DNA of 39,827 nucleotides from a virus: UHGV virus genome UHGV-2125590; one strand, 5' to 3'. Shown piece by piece: positions 37,401 to 39,827 of this stretch (position 1 is its first letter; each line of letters starts with the position of its first letter). The notes under the pieces were generated by a model. It saw only the letters and a program-made list of their open reading frames with translations, ran no database searches and was not told where the DNA came from. The position numbers and the translations under genes were made by a program.

Positions 37401-37556
37401 GTAATGGAAGACATCATTGAGCGCGTTGAAATAACGCCAGCAGGATCTAGATGGGGGGTCAGACCTGATCTCTTATTCTATATCGAGGCGGCATGGCAGC
37501 GCAGAGAAATAGAAAGAATAAAAGCTAGGTTAGACTTAATAGAAGGGAAGCACTAA
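34434..37556 (+). CDS. tailspike / tail fibre with conserved N-terminal adaptor domain and C-terminal chaperone-like domain
   Basis: 1040 aa; N-terminus TGNGVTTSFPYTF...KSDLVV typical of podovirus tailspike adaptor domains; GGAG RBS. Confidence 0.75.
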   Translation: MTVSTEVDHNEYTGNGVTTSFPYTFRIFRKSDLVVQVSDLNGNVTELVLDTGYTVTGAGTYSGGSVVLPSPLATGWRITIDRVLDVVQETDLRNQGKFFPEVHEDAFDYLTMLIQQCFGWFRRALMKPSLLAKYYDAKQNKISNLADPSFEQDAVNNRSMRNYVDAAIAGVVGGFGWFIQYGSGAVYRTFQDKMRDAISPKDFGAVGDGINDDSTAISACLEASSPGYKIDGLGLTFKVSTLPDVSRFKNARFLFERIPGQPLFYASEDFIQGELFKITDTPWYNAWTQDKTFVYDNVIYAPFMAGDRHGVNNLHVAWVRSGDDGKTWTTPEWLTDLHENYPTVNYHCMSMGVVRNRLFAVIETRTVSGNKLQVAELWDRPMSRSLRVYGGITKAANQQVAYIRITDHGLFAGDFVNFSNSGVTGVTGNMTVTTVIDKNTFTVTTQNTQDVDQNNEGRYWSFGTSFHSSPWRKTSLGTIPSFVDGSTPVTEIHSFATISDNSFAVGYHNGDIGPRELGILYFSDAFGSPGSFVRRRIPAEYEANASEPCVKYYDGILYLTTRGTLSTQPGSSLHRSSDLGTSWNSLRFPNNVHHSNLPFAKVGDELIIFGSERAFGEWEGGEPDNRYAGNYPRTFMTRVNVNEWSLDNVEWVNVTDQIYQGGIVNSAVGVGSVCIKDNWLYYIFGGEDFLNPWSIGDNNRKYPYVHDGHPADLYCFRVKIKQEEFVSRDFVYGATPNRTLPTFMSTSGVRTVPVPVDFTDDVAVQSLTVHAGTSGQVRAEVKLEGNYAIIAKKVPSDDVTAQRLIVSGGETTSSADGAMITLHGSGSSTPRRAVYNALEHLFENGDVKPYLDNVNALGGPGNRFSTVYLGSNPVVTSDGTLKTEPVSPDETLLDAWGDVRYIAYKWLNAVAIKGEEGARIHHGVIAQQLRDVLISHGLMEEESTTCRYAFLCYDDYPAVYDDVITGQREMPLTDNDGSIIVDEDDNPVMVMEDIIERVEITPAGSRWGVRPDLLFYIEAAWQRREIERIKARLDLIEGKH

Positions 37557-37664
37557 ATGTTTCGTTGGCGTCAAAAATATGAACTGCTCACATAAAGAAG
37601 TAAGTACATTGGCAAAAAACATTGACGTCAACGAAATTAAATATAAAAATTTAAATGCTTTTTA

Positions 37665-37693
37665 ATGACAAGAAAAGTAACTAGTGGTAAAAT
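37665..37693 (+). promoter_or_regulatory. sigma70-like promoter for the acetyltransferase gene
   Basis: -35 ATGACA, 17-bp spacer, -10 TAAAAT; AGGA RBS 7 nt before ATG 37710. Confidence 0.4.
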
Positions 37694-37709
37694 AACGTAG
37701 GATACTAAT

Positions 37710-38430
37710 ATGTCAAGACTCAAGACTCAAGACTCAAGACTCAAGACTCAAGACTCAAGACTCAAGACTCAAGACTCAAGACTCGTTTTCCGTTGATGAT
37801 AATGGATCAGGTAATATTTTTGTATGTGGAGATCTTGTAAATAGCAAAGAGAATAAAGTTCAGTTCAATGGAAACAATAACAAACTTATTATAGAAGATG
37901 ATGTTGAGTGTCGATGGCTTACCGTAATATTTAGGGGTGATAATAATTACGTAAGAATACATAAAAACAGTAAGATTAAAGGTGATATTGTCGCAACAAA
38001 AGGTTCAAAAGTTATTATCGGTAGAAGAACGACAATAGGTGCAGGTTTTGAAGTCGTCACTGATAAGTGCAATGTTACAATTGGCCATGACTGCATGATA
38101 GCAAGAGATGTTATTTTGCGTGCATCAGATGGGCATCCTATATTTGATATTCATAGCAAAAAAAGGATTAATTGGGCAAAAGATATCATTATATCTAGTT
38201 ACGTATGGGTAGGGAGAAATGTCTCTATAATGAAAGGGGTATCTGTTGGAAGCGGATCTGTCATTGGGTATGGGAGTATTGTAACTAAAGATGTGCCATC
38301 TATGTGTGCAGCAGCCGGTAATCCAGCAAAAATAATAAAAAGAAATATAATATGGGCAAGAACGGATAAAGCGGAGCTAATTAGTGATGACAAGAGATGC
38401 TCCAGCTATCATGCGAAGCTCACGCAATAA
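37710..38430 (+). CDS. hexapeptide-repeat acetyltransferase, candidate phase-variable gene, out of frame as sequenced
   Basis: ATG 37710 frame stops at 37794; body ORF (frame 1, open 37696-38430) has hexapeptide-repeat/left-handed beta-helix character (IGRRTTIGAGFEV...IGHDCMIARDVIL...VWVGRNVSIMKGVSVGSGSVIGYGSIV); 9 or 12 repeats would fuse them. Confidence 0.6.
37713..37782 (+). repeat. 10 perfect tandem copies of heptamer TCAAGAC directly after a start codon
   Basis: Counted directly: ATG at 37710-37712 then (TCAAGAC)x10, then TCGTTTTCC. Confidence 0.95.
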
Positions 38431-38480
38431 ATATAAAACATCATGCAGACATATTACCAATATTAATATAAGGTAATAAA

Positions 38481-38508
38481 AATATAATTTACAAAAAAGC
38501 CCGTTGGA
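38481..38508 (-). terminator. putative minus-strand terminator
   Basis: GCCCGT / ACGGGC stem with 8-nt loop, T-run on the minus strand; about 160 bp downstream of the right integrase. Confidence 0.35.
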
Positions 38509-38669
38509 AGCGACGGGCATTAACCGCGGTAATGGATAAATTATTAATGTTTTTAGATTGTGAACGATATCATATTGTGCGGAAGTAGTGAAGTAACCAT
38601 GTAAAATGATTGTTTCATAGCCTATGAGACACACAAGGCTTTGTGCTCTTCGATAGTTGTTAAGGCGGA

Positions 38670-39827
38670 TCACTCTACCTTCTCATCAAGCCAATCCGCC
38701 CACCACTGCATCATTTCTCTGCGCTTATCGAGATACTGAGCATGGTTGTAAATACCGCGCACAGATCCGCCGTTGGCATGTGCCAGTTGCACTTCAATAG
38801 CGTCAGCAGGCCATTCGTGCTCGTTCATAATCGTGCTGAATTCATGCCTGAATCCGTGACCGCTTTCCAGACCCTCATAGCCGATTTGTTTGATCACAAG
38901 TAGAACCGCGTTCTCGCAGATTGGCTTCTTCTTATCGTTGCGCCCGGCAAAAACAAACTCTGATACTGGTTTGGTGATGGAGCTTAGCGTAGTGAGAAGT
39001 TCAACCACCTGGTCTGACATCGGGACCACATGAATTTTGCGTCCCTTCATCACACTGGCGTCGATGGTGATAATCCTGTTTTCAAAATCGACGTTCTTCC
39101 ATAGCATGGAACGAAGCTCTTTCGTTCTTAGGGCTGTGTAGCGCAAAACTTTAGTCGCAATGAGCGATACGATGCTTCCTGAAAATGTTGCCAGTGCTTT
39201 ATTGAATGCTGGGATCTGGTCGGCAGGTAAAAACGGGAAGTTCTTCTTGCGGTATCCCTTCATGGCGTCAGCAAGGTCAGGTGCCGGGTTATATTTAGCC
39301 CTACCAGTGACAATAGCGTAACGGAAAACCTCGCCGCATCTTCTGCGGGCTTTGTTGGCTCGCTCCATTGCACCGCGATCTTCAAATCTGCGGATTACTT
39401 CCAGCAGTTGCATCGGCTCAATATCCTGAATCTCAAGACCGCCGATGATGGGTAAAATGTCGTCATCAAACATTTTGGCAAGTTCAGTTGCATAGCCTAC
39501 TGACCAGACTTGCTTCTTGTGCTCGTACCATTCCTTGTAAATCGCACTAAATGAATTGTTGTTAGACGAAGCCTTTTTCGCCTTTACCGGATCGATGCCA
39601 ACCGAGATGTCTTTCCTCGCAGTCCATGCCTTATCCCTTGCCTCCTGCAAAGTCATTAGCGGATATTTTCCTACGGTCAGGATTTTCTCCTTACCGTCAA
39701 TCTTGTAGCGAAGCTGCCATACCTTTTTCCCTGACACAGGGACATAAAGGTACAGGCCATTACCATCGAGTAGGCGGTATGGTTTTTCTTTCGGCTTTGC
39801 TGCTTCAATCTGCTTAACGGTGAGCAT
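38670..39827 (-). CDS. int: tyrosine recombinase / phage integrase, P4-type with N-terminal arm-binding domain
   Basis: 385 aa; start codon at the window edge; N-terminus MLTVKQIEAAKPKEKPYRLLDGNGLYLYV; C-terminal HGFRHEF...Y catalytic region. Confidence 0.85.
   Translation of the reverse strand: MLTVKQIEAAKPKEKPYRLLDGNGLYLYVPVSGKKVWQLRYKIDGKEKILTVGKYPLMTLQEARDKAWTARKDISVGIDPVKAKKASSNNNSFSAIYKEWYEHKKQVWSVGYATELAKMFDDDILPIIGGLEIQDIEPMQLLEVIRRFEDRGAMERANKARRRCGEVFRYAIVTGRAKYNPAPDLADAMKGYRKKNFPFLPADQIPAFNKALATFSGSIVSLIATKVLRYTALRTKELRSMLWKNVDFENRIITIDASVMKGRKIHVVPMSDQVVELLTTLSSITKPVSEFVFAGRNDKKKPICENAVLLVIKQIGYEGLESGHGFRHEFSTIMNEHEWPADAIEVQLAHANGGSVRGIYNHAQYLDKRREMMQWWADWLDEKVE

Noticed and set aside
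37713-37782. CRISPR array or minisatellite interpretation of the heptamer tract
   Set aside because: Units are contiguous 7-bp perfect repeats with no spacers, and sit exactly at a start codon, fitting a slipped-strand tract instead.
38453-38478. ATTACC...GGTAAT pair downstream of the acetyltransferase as another operator copy
   Set aside because: Half-sites are separated by 13 bp rather than 5 bp, so it does not fit the conserved 15-bp site; may be coincidental in AT-rich DNA.

Overview
This window looks like one near-complete temperate podovirus prophage of Enterobacteriaceae, resembling the epsilon15/phiV10 group; all family assignments are from motif recognition by eye, with no database search. 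A P4-type integrase sits at the left edge, followed by a leftward early operon (small ORFs, YqaJ-like exonuclease, RecT, AlpA-like regulator, MT-A70 methyltransferase), a dual-HTH repressor divergent from a Cro-like gene, a replication module (iteron-bearing initiator, lambda P-like helicase loader) and Ea22-like early genes. The late region runs TerS/TerL, a minus-strand moron with tRNA-Arg(UCU), then a T7-like structural module (portal, scaffold, capsid, gp11/gp12-like adaptor and nozzle, large ejection proteins), a minus/plus-strand moron island, a tailspike with a conserved N-terminal adaptor domain, and an AT-rich acetyltransferase gene. A second, inward-facing P4-type integrase ends the window. 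The strongest signals are (i) a 10-copy TCAAGAC heptamer directly after the acetyltransferase start codon that leaves the gene out of frame, i.e. a candidate slipped-strand phase switch, and (ii) a 15-bp palindrome TTACC-N5-GGTAA present 11 times perfectly, only in intergenic or promoter regions. No CRISPR array, IS element or recognisable endolysin was seen.
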